Source: Antedon mediterranea (lineage: Eukaryota; Animalia; Echinodermata). From it: a DNA stretch of 64,000 bases. The notes beneath the pieces are model-generated. The model was not told the origin of the DNA and did no database searches. It saw only the letters and a list, made by a program, of their open reading frames with translations. The stretch is taken from contig NC_092673.1 in NCBI RefSeq assembly GCF_964355755.1, positions 27,711,648 through 27,775,647 on the forward strand, read 5' to 3'. Below, piece by piece: positions 63,923-64,000 of this stretch; position 1 is the stretch's first letter, and each line of letters starts with the position of its first letter. The position numbers and the translations under genes were made by a program.

Positions 63923-64000
63923 GTTTGCGGTAACACGTAAAAAAAACGTATCGATGGTTCGATTAATAATCATTTGTATATTAATCTGAATGAAATGTAT

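Overview
AT-rich, intron-containing animal genomic DNA, probably from a marine invertebrate (an echinoderm-like deuterostome is my inference). It has no prokaryotic, CRISPR or rRNA features. Gene order: TRAF2-like A (+, 7 coding exons, 609 aa); TRAF2-like B (+, same exon layout, 514 aa, coiled-coil deleted); PTPA/PPP2R4 (+, 8 coding exons, 306 aa); an intronless IER2/IER5/IER5L-family immediate-early gene (-, 258 aa); and three tandem ERI1-derived DEDDh 3'-5' exonucleases without a SAP domain (+; A 215 aa, B 213 aa, C frameshifted). Main points of interest: (1) TRAF-B looks like a natural variant lacking the cIAP-binding segment, with an altered receptor pocket. (2) The PTPA-IER pair of PP2A regulators has the same convergent arrangement I recall for human PTPA-IER5L. 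(3) CRE palindromes are strongly enriched around IER, whose promoter has a perfect CArG box. (4) The exonuclease cluster has kB/CRE promoters, a shared 3'UTR motif and a ~1 kb foldback element, and may be an inducible ISG20-like effector family (hypothesis). (5) An intact-looking minimal hammerhead ribozyme lies in a Penelope remnant, with several decayed copies elsewhere. (6) There is a four-element nest of MITEs. All exon coordinates were derived by hand from GT-AG sites and reading-frame continuity.
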